Counted from the first letter of the stretch, positions 1 to 11,716 are shown. The stretch: 64,000 nucleotides of DNA from Bdellovibrionales bacterium (GCA_964230645.1 CAXRHT010000002.1:416001-480000); one strand, 5' to 3'. The notes: generated from the letters alone by a model not told the origin. Made by a program: numbers and translations.

Positions 1-14
1 AAGCTCATTTCACT

Positions 15-1292
15 TCAAGGATGTTTTGGATAAATTTTTTCTATTTCTGGTAGAACATTTTGTAATGACTGATTTCTAAATTTATCCATTTTTGCATTCC
101 ATTCAATAAACTTTTTCTCAAACTTTTTTTGCTCACCCGTATTAAGCATCTCCCAACAACTCTCAAAAAGTTTAAATCTCTCTTTATTGACGGGGCCATA
201 CTCGCCAGTGAAATAAAGATCTTCTCTTTCCTTAATATAATTTAAAATTTTTATTTTTGTTTCTTTTCTGACCGCGGCTGGAAGAGCCTCGACCCTCAGG
301 GCTTCAGGATAATCCATGGAGATAAAGTAAGGAAAAACAGCCGCCTGATCCTTAAACTGCGAAAGGTAATCCATAAGCTCCGTGACCCTTAAGATCGACA
401 AGGCTTGGAAGACGGTGTGAAATTCCATATAGACAGGAACTTGTGACTTTAAGGACAACACTTTTCGAATATTGGCATCCACATCCTGCCATTTCGATGG
501 ATAACGAATATAGTTATTAAGCTCCCCCACAGCCTCGATACTACAATTGATCTGCACACTTTTAAAATGAGACCAGTGCTCCAGCAATTGGTCTGGGAGA
601 TGGGTTAGATTACTGTGATAACGAAGAGAGACTTTTTGAGCCAGCCCTCTTTGAATTAACTGTTCAAGTATATAAAAATGCTGGCGACTTAAGAAAGGCT
701 CACCACCAGTAAAGAGCATCTCTTCCACATGATTAAAAACCCGATCCATGAGTGAGCGAAATCGATCGTTGAGTTTCCACTGCGTTCGAGCCAAATGAGT
801 TTGCTCTTTATCAAAGGAAATATTCAACTCTTCAAATTCAGAGACCATCTTTTGGCTAAACATCGGAGCACACATACGACACTGTAAATTACAAAGATTC
901 CCCAAGGCGAAGTCGAGATACAACACTTCAGGCTTTACTGCCCCCCTCCAAGAGGTCTCTTCAATCTTTTCTTGTAGCTCTTTTTTCCAGAGTTTGAGAT
1001 AGACCTGTCTTAAAGAGTGCCCTCCTTTTTCCTCAATGCTGTAACACTTTGTGCAGGTGAAGGGCTTTTTGCCTGCAAGCATCTCTCTTCGCACTTTTCT
1101 CAAAAAAGAGTGATTGAGAGCTTTCTTGGGATGATCAATCTGACTAAGATAAACCCTCTTTCCCCTTCTGTTAGTAAATATTCCCTCTCCGGCAGTGTTA
1201 CAACAAACTCTGAGGCTGCCATCAGTGTTAGCACTTAGGTGAATCCAGGGAAGGGGGCAAAGTGTTTTCGAAGCTTCAGACTTTTTGGCCAT
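15..1292 (-). CDS. Radical SAM protein with N-terminal twitch/SPASM-like domain
   Basis: N-terminal CPLPW...RVCC...CTKC motif, CNLQCRMC (CxxxCxxC) and FTGGEP. Start moved to the ATG of MAKKSEAS at 1292. Confidence 0.85.
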   Translation of the reverse strand: MAKKSEASKTLCPLPWIHLSANTDGSLRVCCNTAGEGIFTNRRGKRVYLSQIDHPKKALNHSFLRKVRREMLAGKKPFTCTKCYSIEEKGGHSLRQVYLKLWKKELQEKIEETSWRGAVKPEVLYLDFALGNLCNLQCRMCAPMFSQKMVSEFEELNISFDKEQTHLARTQWKLNDRFRSLMDRVFNHVEEMLFTGGEPFLSRQHFYILEQLIQRGLAQKVSLRYHSNLTHLPDQLLEHWSHFKSVQINCSIEAVGELNNYIRYPSKWQDVDANIRKVLSLKSQVPVYMEFHTVFQALSILRVTELMDYLSQFKDQAAVFPYFISMDYPEALRVEALPAAVRKETKIKILNYIKEREDLYFTGEYGPVNKERFKLFESCWEMLNTGEQKKFEKKFIEWNAKMDKFRNQSLQNVLPEIEKIYPKHP

Positions 1293-1578
1293 TAAAATCT
1301 TTTGTGTTTCTATAAATTTTTTTATCCAGCAAAAAGGGGCCAAAGGGAAGGACTGAGGATAAAAGGGCTAGTATCAATCGTTTCAAGCCCCAATCTTTTT
1401 CAGAAGAGACATAAAAAGCAAAAAGGACAAAGAGAATAAAAAGTCCTCCATGAGCCATACCAACCCATCGAACGTAGATCGGCTCTCCTGCGAGGTACTT
1501 CATTGGCATAGCCGCAAACAAAAGAAGAAGAAACGAGAGCCCTTCAATATATCCCAGTGTTCTTAGTTTTGATTCCAT
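1276..1578 (-). CDS. DUF3817-family small membrane protein
   Basis: EGLSFLLLLF.AMPMKY...GMAHGGLF...PFG pattern with 3 hydrophobic segments. Confidence 0.8.
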   Translation of the reverse strand: MESKLRTLGYIEGLSFLLLLFAAMPMKYLAGEPIYVRWVGMAHGGLFILFVLFAFYVSSEKDWGLKRLILALLSSVLPFGPFLLDKKIYRNTKDFNGQKV

Positions 1579-1611
1579 AAACTCTAAAATGACACAATTT
1601 GGCCCCCTTGA

Positions 1612-2079
1612 CTAGCGCCGCCTTGGATTCGCCACAAGAAAAACGCGCCCCAAAGCCCCAGCGATCGATGTCGCAACATCAATAAGGAAAATACTGAGCG
1701 AGGGGCTATTTCCTGACCTAAATTGCTTTAACTTTTGGTTCTGAATCCAAAATTTTCGAACCAGATGACAAAAAAAAGGATCGAGAAAATCGCTGCGTTC
1801 CAAAAGGCCGATGCTGGGACCTAAAATGAATTGATATCCCAGAAAAACCGATTGTCGGTAGTTCGGAGCCACATGGTGAGTTTCAAAGAGGTATTCTTCA
1901 AGAGTCAATTTTTTCTTACAATACAAAGACCAACAGATTGAGGCTTTCTCACTCACATCCGGGTCTTTTAATGGTTGAGAAGACTCAGGAATGAGAAAAC
2001 CTGGAAGACAAAGGACTAAACAAAAGGGCAGCCAAAACAAATGAAAGACAAAGTATAGTGTCCAATAGAGGAGCTTCAT
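1612..2079 (-). CDS. Hypothetical protein with N-terminal hydrophobic segment
   Basis: 155-aa ORF whose start overlaps the stop region of the SDR gene (2076-2079). No recognisable motif. Confidence 0.5.
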   Translation of the reverse strand: MKLLYWTLYFVFHLFWLPFCLVLCLPGFLIPESSQPLKDPDVSEKASICWSLYCKKKLTLEEYLFETHHVAPNYRQSVFLGYQFILGPSIGLLERSDFLDPFFCHLVRKFWIQNQKLKQFRSGNSPSLSIFLIDVATSIAGALGRVFLVANPRRR

Positions 2080-2867
2080 TGGCTGTCGCGGCTAAAATAG
2101 GACTGAATCGTTTTTTTAAAAAAACCGGGGAAATAGCGCGCCATCTGCACCCCCCAATAACTATTGCCGCTGGGAAGACAAAAACTCTCATCCTCTTTGA
2201 TAGCCTTAAAAACCTTTTTGGCCCATTTCTCCGCCGGGATCGATGAGAGAAACTTTAAGTCCAGATGACCAGAGTAGAGCTCACTGATATCGTCAAACAT
2301 TCTTGTCTTTACCCCAGGAGTGATCAAAGTAAGAGTGCTCACCGAAGTCGCCTTTAGTTCAGCACTCAGAGATTCGGTAAAAGCAATCACTCCGGCTTTA
2401 CTAGCAGCATAGGTCGAAGCACATGGGAAAGACATATAACCCGACACGGAGGCATTGTTGATGATTTTGGCCTCAGGCCTTCCTAACAAATGAGGAAGCA
2501 TGACTTGAGTGAGGTGAATCAAGCCCGTAAGATTCACCTGAAGCATTTTATAAATGTCGTCTGGGTCTTGCTCTTCCAGGAGTCCTCCAGTGAGCTGTCC
2601 TGCGTTGTTAAAAAGAAGGTCACAGTGCTCCCCTGAACTGTTAAACCTTTCAAAGAACTGCTTTATATTCTGACTCTCTGAAAGGTCGAGCTGCCAAGTT
2701 CTAACATCCTCAGCCCCTGCTTTTTTTAGATCGTCTTCAAGACTCTTATCCATAGAACGAATCACAGGATGGACTTTCATTTTGTTACGAGCCGCCTCGA
2801 GAGCCATGGCTCGTCCGATCCCTCGATTCGCACCGGTGATAAAAATGTTTTTACCTCTCAAGTTCAT
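2076..2867 (-). CDS. Short-chain dehydrogenase/reductase (SDR)
   Basis: TGANRGIG, NNAG and YAASK catalytic motif. Confidence 0.93.
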   Translation of the reverse strand: MNLRGKNIFITGANRGIGRAMALEAARNKMKVHPVIRSMDKSLEDDLKKAGAEDVRTWQLDLSESQNIKQFFERFNSSGEHCDLLFNNAGQLTGGLLEEQDPDDIYKMLQVNLTGLIHLTQVMLPHLLGRPEAKIINNASVSGYMSFPCASTYAASKAGVIAFTESLSAELKATSVSTLTLITPGVKTRMFDDISELYSGHLDLKFLSSIPAEKWAKKVFKAIKEDESFCLPSGNSYWGVQMARYFPGFFKKTIQSYFSRDSQ

Positions 2868-3286
2868 AAATCGCCTCTCAATGCTATGTAAGTAAACAAA
2901 ACGGCCGCCTTAATCGTCCATAAAAAGGTTCGTGGCCAATTGGTTGAAATTAACTTTTGAATACACTTTCGATCAAACCCGTTCTTTACTAATTTTTCGT
3001 GGAAGGGAACGGAGACAAAAAAAGTGAAACCCCAAAGCAGTAGAACAACGAGTAATAGAAGAGCAAAAATAGAACCCGGGTTTTGCCATAAAAGCCAGGC
3101 TCCTGTTAACAGCTCTAAAATCATCGCTGGTCCCACCAAATAGAACATCTGCCTTTGGTGAAACCTGTGAAATTTGGAGAAATAGGCCGAGTCGATGGAA
3201 AGAAAACTGGGGTAATGCACCAACTGAATGGTCCAAATCATTCCCAATAAATACCAAGTGATGAAAGAGTGAAACAACAAGAGCAT
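2864..3286 (-). CDS. Four-TM membrane protein (IWxxQLVxYPxF family, DUF1772-like)
   Basis: IWTIQLVHYPSF, VGPAMILEL, VPFH and NWPRT motifs. ATGA overlap with the SDR gene. Confidence 0.7.
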   Translation of the reverse strand: MLLLFHSFITWYLLGMIWTIQLVHYPSFLSIDSAYFSKFHRFHQRQMFYLVGPAMILELLTGAWLLWQNPGSIFALLLLVVLLLWGFTFFVSVPFHEKLVKNGFDRKCIQKLISTNWPRTFLWTIKAAVLFTYIALRGDL

Positions 3287-3309
3287 GCCTTATTTTAGAC
3301 ACACCCTCG

Positions 3310-3336
3310 TTTTTGTTCAAGATCTTTTGAACTTTT
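3310..3336. promoter_or_regulatory. Palindromic operator TTTT-W-GTTCAA-N6-TTGAAC-TTTT (copy 1)
   Basis: Sequence tttttGTTCAAgatcttTTGAACtttt lies between lpdA and the gene starting at 3286. A near-identical site is at 58925-58951. Confidence 0.7.
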
Positions 3337-3346
3337 GTAGATTAAA

Positions 3347-4747
3347 TCACATTTGACGAGCGCGTTTTGAGACAGCTAGAGCCGCTTCCCTCATCACTTC
3401 CGCTAAAGTAGGATGGGCATGAAAGCTTAGTGCAATATCCTCAGAACTTGCACCCATTTCCATGGCCACCACAGCCTCAGCGATCATATCAGAAGCCCTT
3501 GGACCCACTATATGCACGCCTAAGACCTTGTCTGTCTTTTTGTCCGCTAAAATCTTAACTTTACCGTCAGTGGAATTCATCGCTTTGGCTCGTCCGTTGG
3601 CACTGAAGGGAAAACTCCCGCTGGAGTACTCAATACCAGCCTCTTTGAGTTCCTCTTCCGTTTTACCAACTCCAGCCACCTCGGGCCAAGTGTAGATCAC
3701 CCAAGGGTTGGTGTTGTAGTTAACGTGTCCATAATTACCGGCCAGGTGTTCCATTAAGGCCACACCCTCTTCTTCGGCTTTGTGAGCCAGCATCGCTCCA
3801 CCAACAACATCGCCAATGGCATAAATTCCGTCCACATTGGTCTTAAAGTGCTCATCCACTACCACTTGATCGCGATCGTTAAACTCCACACCGCACTCTT
3901 TTAAACCTAAGCCATCAATAAACGCTTTCCTTCCAACAGCCACAAGAACCTGATCGCCTTCGATCTGACCTTTTTCGCCATCTTTTAAGGATTCATACTC
4001 AAGCTTTACTTTGGTTTTTAAGGCTTCCCCACCGGTTACTTTGGTGGAAAGCATAAACTCCATGCCTTGTTTTTTAAGAATTTTAAGGAGGTCTTTTGAA
4101 ATCTGTTTGTCCATAGGCCCACAGATTTTATCAGCAAATTCAATCACTGTGACCTTAGCCCCAAGGCGCATCCAAACAGAGCCCATCTCAAGTCCGATGG
4201 CTCCACCGCCAACAACAATCATATGCTTTGGAACTTTATCAAGCTTAAGAGCTTCAGTGCTTGAGATGATATTCTCACCATTGAATTTTAAAAAAGGAAG
4301 CTCCACAGGAACAGAGCCTGTAGCAATCACAATATTTTTCGCTTCAATGACTTGTTTTTTCTCACCACTGACTTCCACTTTACCAGGCTCAAGAATCTTG
4401 CCGGTGCCTTTAAAAGTGGTGATTTTATTTTTATCAAAGAGGTATTTAACACCTCCAGTGAGCTCGGAAACAACTTTATCTTTTCTCTTCATCATATTGG
4501 AAAGATTAAGCTTTACTCCGGAAACATCGATTCCATGAGTTTCAAAATCATGCTGAGCCTGATGAAAATGCTCGCTGGAATCAAGAAGAGCTTTTGAAGG
4601 AATACACCCAATATTAAGGCATGTCCCTCCAAAGGTGTCATCTTTTTCAACCACGGCTGTTTTCAATCCAAGCTGAGCCGAACGAATCGCACCAACATAG
4701 CCCCCTGGGCCCGAACCAATAATTACAACATCAAACACTTCAGCCAT
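3347..4747 (-). CDS. lpdA: Dihydrolipoyl dehydrogenase (E3)
   Basis: GSGPGG, GGTCLNIGCIPSK redox disulfide and HAHPTLAE. Follows sucAB. Confidence 0.98.
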   Translation of the reverse strand: MAEVFDVVIIGSGPGGYVGAIRSAQLGLKTAVVEKDDTFGGTCLNIGCIPSKALLDSSEHFHQAQHDFETHGIDVSGVKLNLSNMMKRKDKVVSELTGGVKYLFDKNKITTFKGTGKILEPGKVEVSGEKKQVIEAKNIVIATGSVPVELPFLKFNGENIISSTEALKLDKVPKHMIVVGGGAIGLEMGSVWMRLGAKVTVIEFADKICGPMDKQISKDLLKILKKQGMEFMLSTKVTGGEALKTKVKLEYESLKDGEKGQIEGDQVLVAVGRKAFIDGLGLKECGVEFNDRDQVVVDEHFKTNVDGIYAIGDVVGGAMLAHKAEEEGVALMEHLAGNYGHVNYNTNPWVIYTWPEVAGVGKTEEELKEAGIEYSSGSFPFSANGRAKAMNSTDGKVKILADKKTDKVLGVHIVGPRASDMIAEAVVAMEMGASSEDIALSFHAHPTLAEVMREAALAVSKRARQM

Positions 4748-4764
4748 TTCTTTCCTCTTCTTTT

Positions 4765-6039
4765 TTAAACCTGTAACAAAATTCTTGATGGATCTTCAAT
4801 ATTCTCTTTAATGCGAACAAGAAAGCTCACCGACTCTTTACCATCGATCATGCGGTGATCATAAGACAGAGCCAAATACATCATCGGTCGGATTTTGATT
4901 TCATCTCCCACAACGACCGGTCTTTTCTCGATCTTATGCATCCCTAGAATTCCACTCTGTGGAGGATTCAAGATCGGTGTCGACATAAGGGAACCGAAAA
5001 CTCCACCATTGGAAATGGTAAAGGTTCCCCCTGACATATCATCAATACTTATTTTTCCATCTCTAGCCTTAACAGCATAATTCTTAATATTCTGCTCGAT
5101 CTCAGCCAAAGTCATTTTCTCAGCATTTTTCAACACGGGAACTACGAGGCCTTTTGGAGAACTCACCGCCACACCGATATTAAAGAAATTGTTGTACAAA
5201 ATATCGGTTCCATCGATCTGGGCATTCACAGCCGGGAACTCCTTGAGAGCTTCGATCGTGGCTTTTACAAAAAATCCCATAAAGCCAAGACGCACATCGT
5301 GTTTTTTCTCGAAGTCTTCTTTGTACTTGTTGCGAAGATTCATAAGGGCTGTCATGTCCACTTCGTTGAACGTGGTAAGAATGGCCGCTGTTTGCTGAGC
5401 ATTAACCAGTCTCTCTGCAATTTTACGACGAATGGTGCTCATTTTCACGCGCTCGGTGGTTCCCTCTTGAGGTTTTGGAGCGGACTTCGAAGGGGCTTCT
5501 TTTTTAGAAGACTCCTCTTTTTTCGGCTTAAAGTTCATCACGTCTTCTTTAGTGATACGCCCACCAGGACCTGAGCCCTCAATTTGAGAAGGATCAATTC
5601 CTTTTTCATTCACCATTTTTCTAACAGCAGGGCTTAAGTGATCGGTGTCCGCAGCAGAAAGCCCGGCTCCACCACTTCCTTTAGCAGGAGCTTCTTTGGC
5701 TCCACCCGATGAAGCGCCATTAGAGCCACTAGAAGACTGAGACTTCTCTTCTTTTTCAGAATCATCTTCACTGCTGGCTTCTTTTTTATCACCACCAGCC
5801 GGGGCTTCAGCACTGGTATCAATACTTCCAATAACCGCCCCCACTTCGACAGTGTCGCCCTCTGCAGCCTTATGAGAGAGTTTACCGGCTCCTTCGGCCA
5901 CAACTTCCACACTGGCTTTATCTGTTTCTAGACTTAAAATCACTTCGTCACGCTCGACAAAGTCTCCGTCCGATTTGAGCCACTCTCCAATTTCTGCTTC
6001 TGTGATTGATTCACCCACTTCTGGTACTTTGATATCCAT
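4765..6039 (-). CDS. sucB: 2-oxoglutarate dehydrogenase E2 dihydrolipoyl succinyltransferase
   Basis: Lipoyl domain ETDKA, E3-binding domain [12 protein letters not shown], catalytic SYDHRMIDG. Confidence 0.97.
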   Translation of the reverse strand: MDIKVPEVGESITEAEIGEWLKSDGDFVERDEVILSLETDKASVEVVAEGAGKLSHKAAEGDTVEVGAVIGSIDTSAEAPAGGDKKEASSEDDSEKEEKSQSSSGSNGASSGGAKEAPAKGSGGAGLSAADTDHLSPAVRKMVNEKGIDPSQIEGSGPGGRITKEDVMNFKPKKEESSKKEAPSKSAPKPQEGTTERVKMSTIRRKIAERLVNAQQTAAILTTFNEVDMTALMNLRNKYKEDFEKKHDVRLGFMGFFVKATIEALKEFPAVNAQIDGTDILYNNFFNIGVAVSSPKGLVVPVLKNAEKMTLAEIEQNIKNYAVKARDGKISIDDMSGGTFTISNGGVFGSLMSTPILNPPQSGILGMHKIEKRPVVVGDEIKIRPMMYLALSYDHRMIDGKESVSFLVRIKENIEDPSRILLQV

Positions 6040-8774
6040 CAGCGACTTCCTTTCTTAGTATTAAAAACGTCTTCCACAATTTGTTGCTGTTCTTTTTTGT
6101 GCATCGAGGGTGAGCCCGTTGCCGGTGAGGCTCTAAAACCTCGCCCCACATAGCTAAGCTCGGCTTTTTTCATTCCCGCCGCACTCATGGAATCCCTCAA
6201 AGGAGCATTGATGTAAAACCAAGAGCCCATGTTTTGCGGCTCTTCTTGGGCCCAAACGACCGACTTCACATTTTTTGCCTTCTTAAAAATCTCAGCAATC
6301 TTATGCTTAGGGTAAGGATAGAGTTGCTCCACTCGGATCAAAGCGACCTTAGCTTTTTCTTTATCAGAGAGCTCTTCTTCCCTATGAGCCAAAAGATCAT
6401 AGTAAAGCTTGCCGCTCACTAGCGCTAACCTCTCGGCTTTTTCAATGTTCACATCGTTATCAGTGAGTACTTCTTCAAAGTTTCCACTGGTGAGCTCATC
6501 AAGTTCACAAACCACCTTCGGATGTCTCAATAAAGATTTGGGAGACATCATCACAAGAGGCACTCGGAAAGGTCTCTTCATTTGACGTCTCAATACATGA
6601 AAGAGTTGTGCGGGAGTGGTCACATTGCAAACCTGCATATTTTTCTGAGCACAGAGCTGCAAAAATCTCTCAAGTCTTGCGCTTGAGTGCTCAGGCCCCT
6701 GCCCTTCATAACCATGAGGCAAAAGAAGAGTCAGTCCGCTCATACGTAACCACTTCTGCTCGCCACTGGCTAAGAATTGATCGATGATAATTTGGGCTCC
6801 ATTAGCAAAATCACCAAACTGAGCTTCCCAGATTGTCATAAAGGTGGGGTCAGAACTAGAGTTACCGTACTCAAAACCCACAACTGCCATTTCTGAAAGA
6901 GGCGAGTTGTAAACACAGAATTCTTTGTCCTCTCTGAGCTCTGCCAGTGGATTGTAGCGCTCGGCTGTATTGATGTCATAAAAACAGGAATGACGGTGTG
7001 TGAATGTTCCACGCACACAATCTTGCCCTGAAAGGCGCACACTGTTGCCTTCGACGATCAAGGTTCCGTAAGCCAGAAGCTCTGCCATCCCCCAGTCGAG
7101 AGGCTTTTTACCTTCCACCATTTCTTTTCTTTGAGAAATAAGTTTCTGAAGCTTTTTGTGAACATTAAAGCCTTCAGGAACTGTGGTGAGCTTCTCGCCG
7201 ACTTCCTTAAGATTTTTCTTAGTGGTTTTGGTTTCAAAGGTCTGTTTAAAGTCTTCGTCTTTACTGCGACGAAGGCCCTTCCAAAGTCCTCCGAGAGTCG
7301 GGATCTCGGTTTCAGGAGGCTTTTCTCTGACTTTCTCTAAGACCTTTTGCAAATTATCCATTTTCTCTTGAAAGAAGTTATCCATGAACTTTTCGTCCAC
7401 AGCTTTTTCTTGAACAATTTTTTTATTGTAAAGGTCTTTGACTGTCTGATGATCTTTGATGGTTTTATACATCACCGGCTGAGTGAAGGAAGGCTCATCG
7501 CCTTCATTGTGCCCATAGCGCCGATAGCAAGTCAGATTGATAAAAATATCAGAACCAAACTCTTGCCTAAAACGTACAGCGATATCCATGGCTCTTACAC
7601 AAGCTTCAGGGTCGTCCCCATTCACATGCAGAACGGGAATCTGTAAAGACTTTCCAATGTCCGTCGCGTAGGGCGAAGAGCGAGTTTGTTCGGGGTCCGC
7701 AGTGAAACCCACTTGGTTATCGATAACAATGTGAATGGACCCACCCACGGTGTAGCCCTTAAGCCCTGAGAGCTGTAAAGTTTCAGCCACCACTCCTTGA
7801 CCGGCAACCGCGGCATCCCCATGAATTTGCACGGGAATGACTTTCTTCCTTTTTTCCGTGTCGTTTCTTTGGCGTTGTTTCGCTCGGGTCATACCACAAA
7901 CCACAGGATTCACCGCCTCTAGATGAGAGGGGTTAAAAGCCAAAGAGACATGACAAGTGCCATTTTTCGACTTTTTATCCGCACTGTGCCCTAAATGATA
8001 TTTCACATCCCCATCAAAATCGTCGTCAGCAAAAGAATTGCCATCAAAGGCCGCCAGAGTTTCTTCAATGGCCCGGTCCATAAAATTCACCAGAACATTC
8101 AGGCGCCCTCTATGAGCCATACCAATAACAATCTCTTCCACACCAAGCTCAGAGCCTTTTTCTACAAGGTGTTCCAGTTGAGGAATCATAGAATCCGCCC
8201 CCTCAATGGAGAACCTTTTAGCCCCCACAAAGCGCGAATGTAGAAATTTCTCTAAGGACTCTGTTCGACAGAGTTGCTCTAAAATGGCTTGTTTCTTTTC
8301 TTTGGAAAAATCCTTGGATGAGTTTTCAAATTCTTTATAAAACCACTCACGAATACCGTGCACAGCATCAGAAACCTGTACACTCAAGGTTCCGCAGTAG
8401 CTTCTTTTGAGATGATTAATAATCTCTCTAAGAGTGGCTCCTTCCATTCCGATGAGTGAGCCTACCGTAAATGATTTATCCAGATCACTTTCCTCGAGAT
8501 TGAACTGAGAGAGTTTGAGATCATCGCCTCCCTGATTAGCGTCACTCAAGGGATCGATATTGGCCTGAAAGTGCCCATAATCCCGATAGGCCTGAATAAG
8601 ATGGTAAACATCAAGCTCTTTGCCAGAAAGAGAGCCTCCCAAATCCTGATTAAATTCCACTCCGGCGAAAAAAGCCTGCCAACTCTCCTCTAGTTCCGAT
8701 GGATTATTTTGATAGATCTCGTATAGATTTTCTACGTACTCCATATTAGCACGCTGAATGCCGGTGAATTTCAC
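6039..8774 (-). CDS. sucA: 2-oxoglutarate dehydrogenase E1
   Basis: [22 protein letters not shown] and [15 protein letters not shown] start. Confidence 0.98.
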   Translation of the reverse strand: MKFTGIQRANMEYVENLYEIYQNNPSELEESWQAFFAGVEFNQDLGGSLSGKELDVYHLIQAYRDYGHFQANIDPLSDANQGGDDLKLSQFNLEESDLDKSFTVGSLIGMEGATLREIINHLKRSYCGTLSVQVSDAVHGIREWFYKEFENSSKDFSKEKKQAILEQLCRTESLEKFLHSRFVGAKRFSIEGADSMIPQLEHLVEKGSELGVEEIVIGMAHRGRLNVLVNFMDRAIEETLAAFDGNSFADDDFDGDVKYHLGHSADKKSKNGTCHVSLAFNPSHLEAVNPVVCGMTRAKQRQRNDTEKRKKVIPVQIHGDAAVAGQGVVAETLQLSGLKGYTVGGSIHIVIDNQVGFTADPEQTRSSPYATDIGKSLQIPVLHVNGDDPEACVRAMDIAVRFRQEFGSDIFINLTCYRRYGHNEGDEPSFTQPVMYKTIKDHQTVKDLYNKKIVQEKAVDEKFMDNFFQEKMDNLQKVLEKVREKPPETEIPTLGGLWKGLRRSKDEDFKQTFETKTTKKNLKEVGEKLTTVPEGFNVHKKLQKLISQRKEMVEGKKPLDWGMAELLAYGTLIVEGNSVRLSGQDCVRGTFTHRHSCFYDINTAERYNPLAELREDKEFCVYNSPLSEMAVVGFEYGNSSSDPTFMTIWEAQFGDFANGAQIIIDQFLASGEQKWLRMSGLTLLLPHGYEGQGPEHSSARLERFLQLCAQKNMQVCNVTTPAQLFHVLRRQMKRPFRVPLVMMSPKSLLRHPKVVCELDELTSGNFEEVLTDNDVNIEKAERLALVSGKLYYDLLAHREEELSDKEKAKVALIRVEQLYPYPKHKIAEIFKKAKNVKSVVWAQEEPQNMGSWFYINAPLRDSMSAAGMKKAELSYVGRGFRASPATGSPSMHKKEQQQIVEDVFNTKKGSR

Positions 8775-9140
8775 AAAAGACCTCGCTGCGGTTGAATTTA
8801 TGCACTACCTAATACCTTAATTCTAGCAGCTAGAAAAGACCCGTTGCAGGCCTGCTGGACATAACCCGGCCCTCGGTGGGGCCCATTGGAAATTTGCGTC
8901 TTGTTTTCGGAGATTTGCTCTAAAAAAAGGCACGGCTCCTGCCTGGCTGTCATCGCCCTTCGGCCGAGCGCGTCCCGCTTGACAGAGCCTTTTTTAGAGC
9001 AAATCCCCGCAAAAAGAGCCCCCAACTTCCAATGGAGAAAACCCCTAATTTTGAAAAATAATAACTTTGATGGACTTGCCAAGGGTGGGTTTTTTCACGC
9101 AGACTGGAGGTTCTTTACGACTAAAGCACTGAGGAAGACT

Positions 9141-10187
9141 ATGGCGAATAATGTTTGGGTGCACGACCTTGATCCTTTTCTGATTGAATTCACCCAAGGT
9201 GTGGGAGTGAGATGGTATGGCTTGGCTTATGTGACCGGCTTCATCTGTGCCTTTTTCTTTATGAAGTGGTTTTCTGAGAAAAAAATTTCGCCCATCACCG
9301 TGGATGAGGCCTCTGACTTTCTGACCTCTCTGATTCTTGGTGTTCTTATTGGTGGGCGGCTTGGCTACGCTCTTTTTTATAGCCCTCAGCTCTTTACCGA
9401 TTTTCGCTCGGAGATACCTTTTTGGGGACTTCTGGCCGTGTGGGAAGGAGGGATGGCTTCTCATGGTGGGTTTATTGGTGTGCTTGTGGCCTGTCTTTAC
9501 TTTGCTTGGAGAAAAAAAATTCCCTTTCCTCATCTTGGCGATCTGACAGTGGTTGGAGCCATGGTTGGAATTGGGCTGGGACGCTTTGCTAACTTTATCA
9601 ATGGTGAACTTATGGGGCGAGTGGCCTCAGCGGATCTGCCTTGGGCTGTGAAGTTCCCTCAAGACATCACGCGCTGGATTGGCTACGCTCCCGAAAAACT
9701 AGAGAAACTGCAAAAACCGGCCGAACTTTTAGGGGTTTCTCCTAGAGAGTTTCATCGTTGGACGAATAATGTCGTCGCCTACAAGGGAAAGTTTTACTCG
9801 CTGGCTAACGAAATTATTTTGAAAATTCAAAATGGCGATGAGGTGATGACTGGGGCCGTGGGTGAAATTTTAGAACCCCGTCACCCCTCTCAAATTTATG
9901 CCTCATTTACCGAAGCTTGGATTCCGCTCGCCGCTCTTATGATTGCCTGGCGTAAACCGAGAAAACCGGGAATTATCGCCTCTTGTTTTTTAATCATCTA
10001 CTCGATTGGGCGAATTTTTAACGAGCAATTTCGACTGCCTGATGCCCATATTGCCGATCTCTCAGAGCAGCCTCTGGGTATTAGCCGTGGGCAGTTTATT
10101 AGCCTTTGGATGTTTCTCGTGGGCCTTGGACTTCTTATTTGGACCTCTCGCAGGAAAGCCGATAAATTAGGTGGGTGGGCTCAATAG
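9141..10187 (+). CDS. lgt: Prolipoprotein diacylglyceryl transferase
   Basis: RWYGLAY, GGRLGY, WEGGMASHGG, GRFANFINGEL and HPSQIY. Start placed at the ATG at 9141 (MANNVW), after a GAGG RBS. Confidence 0.95.
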   Translation: MANNVWVHDLDPFLIEFTQGVGVRWYGLAYVTGFICAFFFMKWFSEKKISPITVDEASDFLTSLILGVLIGGRLGYALFYSPQLFTDFRSEIPFWGLLAVWEGGMASHGGFIGVLVACLYFAWRKKIPFPHLGDLTVVGAMVGIGLGRFANFINGELMGRVASADLPWAVKFPQDITRWIGYAPEKLEKLQKPAELLGVSPREFHRWTNNVVAYKGKFYSLANEIILKIQNGDEVMTGAVGEILEPRHPSQIYASFTEAWIPLAALMIAWRKPRKPGIIASCFLIIYSIGRIFNEQFRLPDAHIADLSEQPLGISRGQFISLWMFLVGLGLLIWTSRRKADKLGGWAQ

Positions 10188-10370
10188 TTTAAGAGCTCTC
10201 TTCCATTATTTGTCGATATCTTTAACGCTTTTTCCTCCCCTTTCTTTTCAGGACAATTTTTCAAAGAATCTGACGATAAAGTTATCATATTTCGCTTGGA
10301 AAAAATGATAACAAATTTTCCTTTCACCTCTTCTCTTGCCACTGTCGATAAGTCTTTTGAAGAGGTTCGT

Positions 10371-11591
10371 ATGAGACTAAAATTTATTTTTATTTTGATG
10401 AGTGCGTTTATTCTTTCTGGATGTGAATCAGGGGATTCGTCTGGAAACAACTCTTTACTCGAAGAAGATGAAAATGGCGTGCCACTGTCCTGCTTGGAGG
10501 ATGCCAATGCTCCCTGTCCCGGAGCGAAGAAGGAAAGCATCCGTAAAACTTTTGGTGCAGTTCCCACCGACATTCTTTTTGTACTCGATGAGTCTTGCTC
10601 AATGAGTACAATTGCCAACAATATGAAATTGGGGTTTGAATCTTTGGAGTCAGGACAATATCCAGCAAACACTTTGATGGGTGTGACCTATATGTCCCCG
10701 GTTATGCAATCAGGAAATGGCGAACTGGATTTTTCCACCCCTTATCACAATAAAGTCGACACTCTTTTGCCGGGTCATATGAAGCTAGTAAATGAAACTC
10801 ACATTGCTGACTACGTGGCCGCTTATCCAGAGTATGCTGGGGACTTTTCAAAAGAGGCTTGCAGCAATTCATGGTTTGAACCGACTGAAACCAATGCTTC
10901 GGGTGACTCTTGTCTGAGTGCTGCTGTGCAACTAGCTCCCATTTGCACGGGAATCGAGGCGGGTGTCGTTTCTCTTTTACAAATGCTTGAAAAATACAAT
11001 CAAGAAGGCGAGAGACTTTTTCGCCCAGGGGCTAATGTCAGTATAATCCTTGTCTCCGATACTCACGAACCAGGGGCCGGTTACTGGGGAAGAAATGGCG
11101 CTCCTGAGAGAATGGCCAATTTTGAAGAAATCATTTATGCCGTCAGCCGTAATTCCCGAGGCATATCCTCATTAAAAGTCGGAGGTATTCTCCCTGTTCC
11201 GAAAAAAGGACATCCTGAACTTGAAGGTTTAAAAGTCATTGGTGACATCCCTCAAACCGATGCGGAGGCAAAAATCAATGGAGAGGGATTTTGGGACTAC
11301 TCTTATCTTCCTCTAATTAAAACCTTTCAAGGGGCTGTTTCACACGCAAAAAGTAGCGACTGGACAGCCATGGCTGAAAGCCTTGTGGAAGATGCTAAAA
11401 CTACGGGGACCATCCTTCTTGAGCCAAAGAGCAAAGCGAAAAAGGTATTAAAGATCACAGTAAACGGAGAGGTGGTTGATCCATCGACTTATTTTATCGC
11501 TTTTGGGGGCGAGGTGATTAGTCTGCGCTATTCAAGCCCCACGGATGTGGATCTTGATATTCAAATATTTTATGAAGAGAGTCTCGACTAA
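10371..11591 (+). CDS. Lipoprotein with vWA-like domain
   Basis: Lipobox LSGC. DILFVLDESCSM (MIDAS DxSxS) and IILVSD. Start placed at the ATG at 10371. Confidence 0.7.
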   Translation: MRLKFIFILMSAFILSGCESGDSSGNNSLLEEDENGVPLSCLEDANAPCPGAKKESIRKTFGAVPTDILFVLDESCSMSTIANNMKLGFESLESGQYPANTLMGVTYMSPVMQSGNGELDFSTPYHNKVDTLLPGHMKLVNETHIADYVAAYPEYAGDFSKEACSNSWFEPTETNASGDSCLSAAVQLAPICTGIEAGVVSLLQMLEKYNQEGERLFRPGANVSIILVSDTHEPGAGYWGRNGAPERMANFEEIIYAVSRNSRGISSLKVGGILPVPKKGHPELEGLKVIGDIPQTDAEAKINGEGFWDYSYLPLIKTFQGAVSHAKSSDWTAMAESLVEDAKTTGTILLEPKSKAKKVLKITVNGEVVDPSTYFIAFGGEVISLRYSSPTDVDLDIQIFYEESLD

Positions 11592-11716
11592 TTTGAACGA
11601 CGGGAAAATAGGGATATTTTAGACGGTGTCGGGATTCTTACACTTTTGTCTCAAAATTAATCGCTTAGGACCTATTAAATCACGCCAAAGTTAAAAAGGA
11701 TGGAGCGCTAATTGCA

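Noticed and set aside
3462..8243. Many short antisense or alternative-frame ORFs inside lpdA/sucB/sucA (and similarly inside the RND gene, ppk1 and others)
   Set aside because: Shadow ORFs of conserved genes with no motifs or independent RBS evidence.
8886..9140. N-terminal extension of lgt, and ORF 8798-9082
   Set aside because: This is the divergent sucA/lgt promoter region. Lgt similarity and an RBS begin at 9141.
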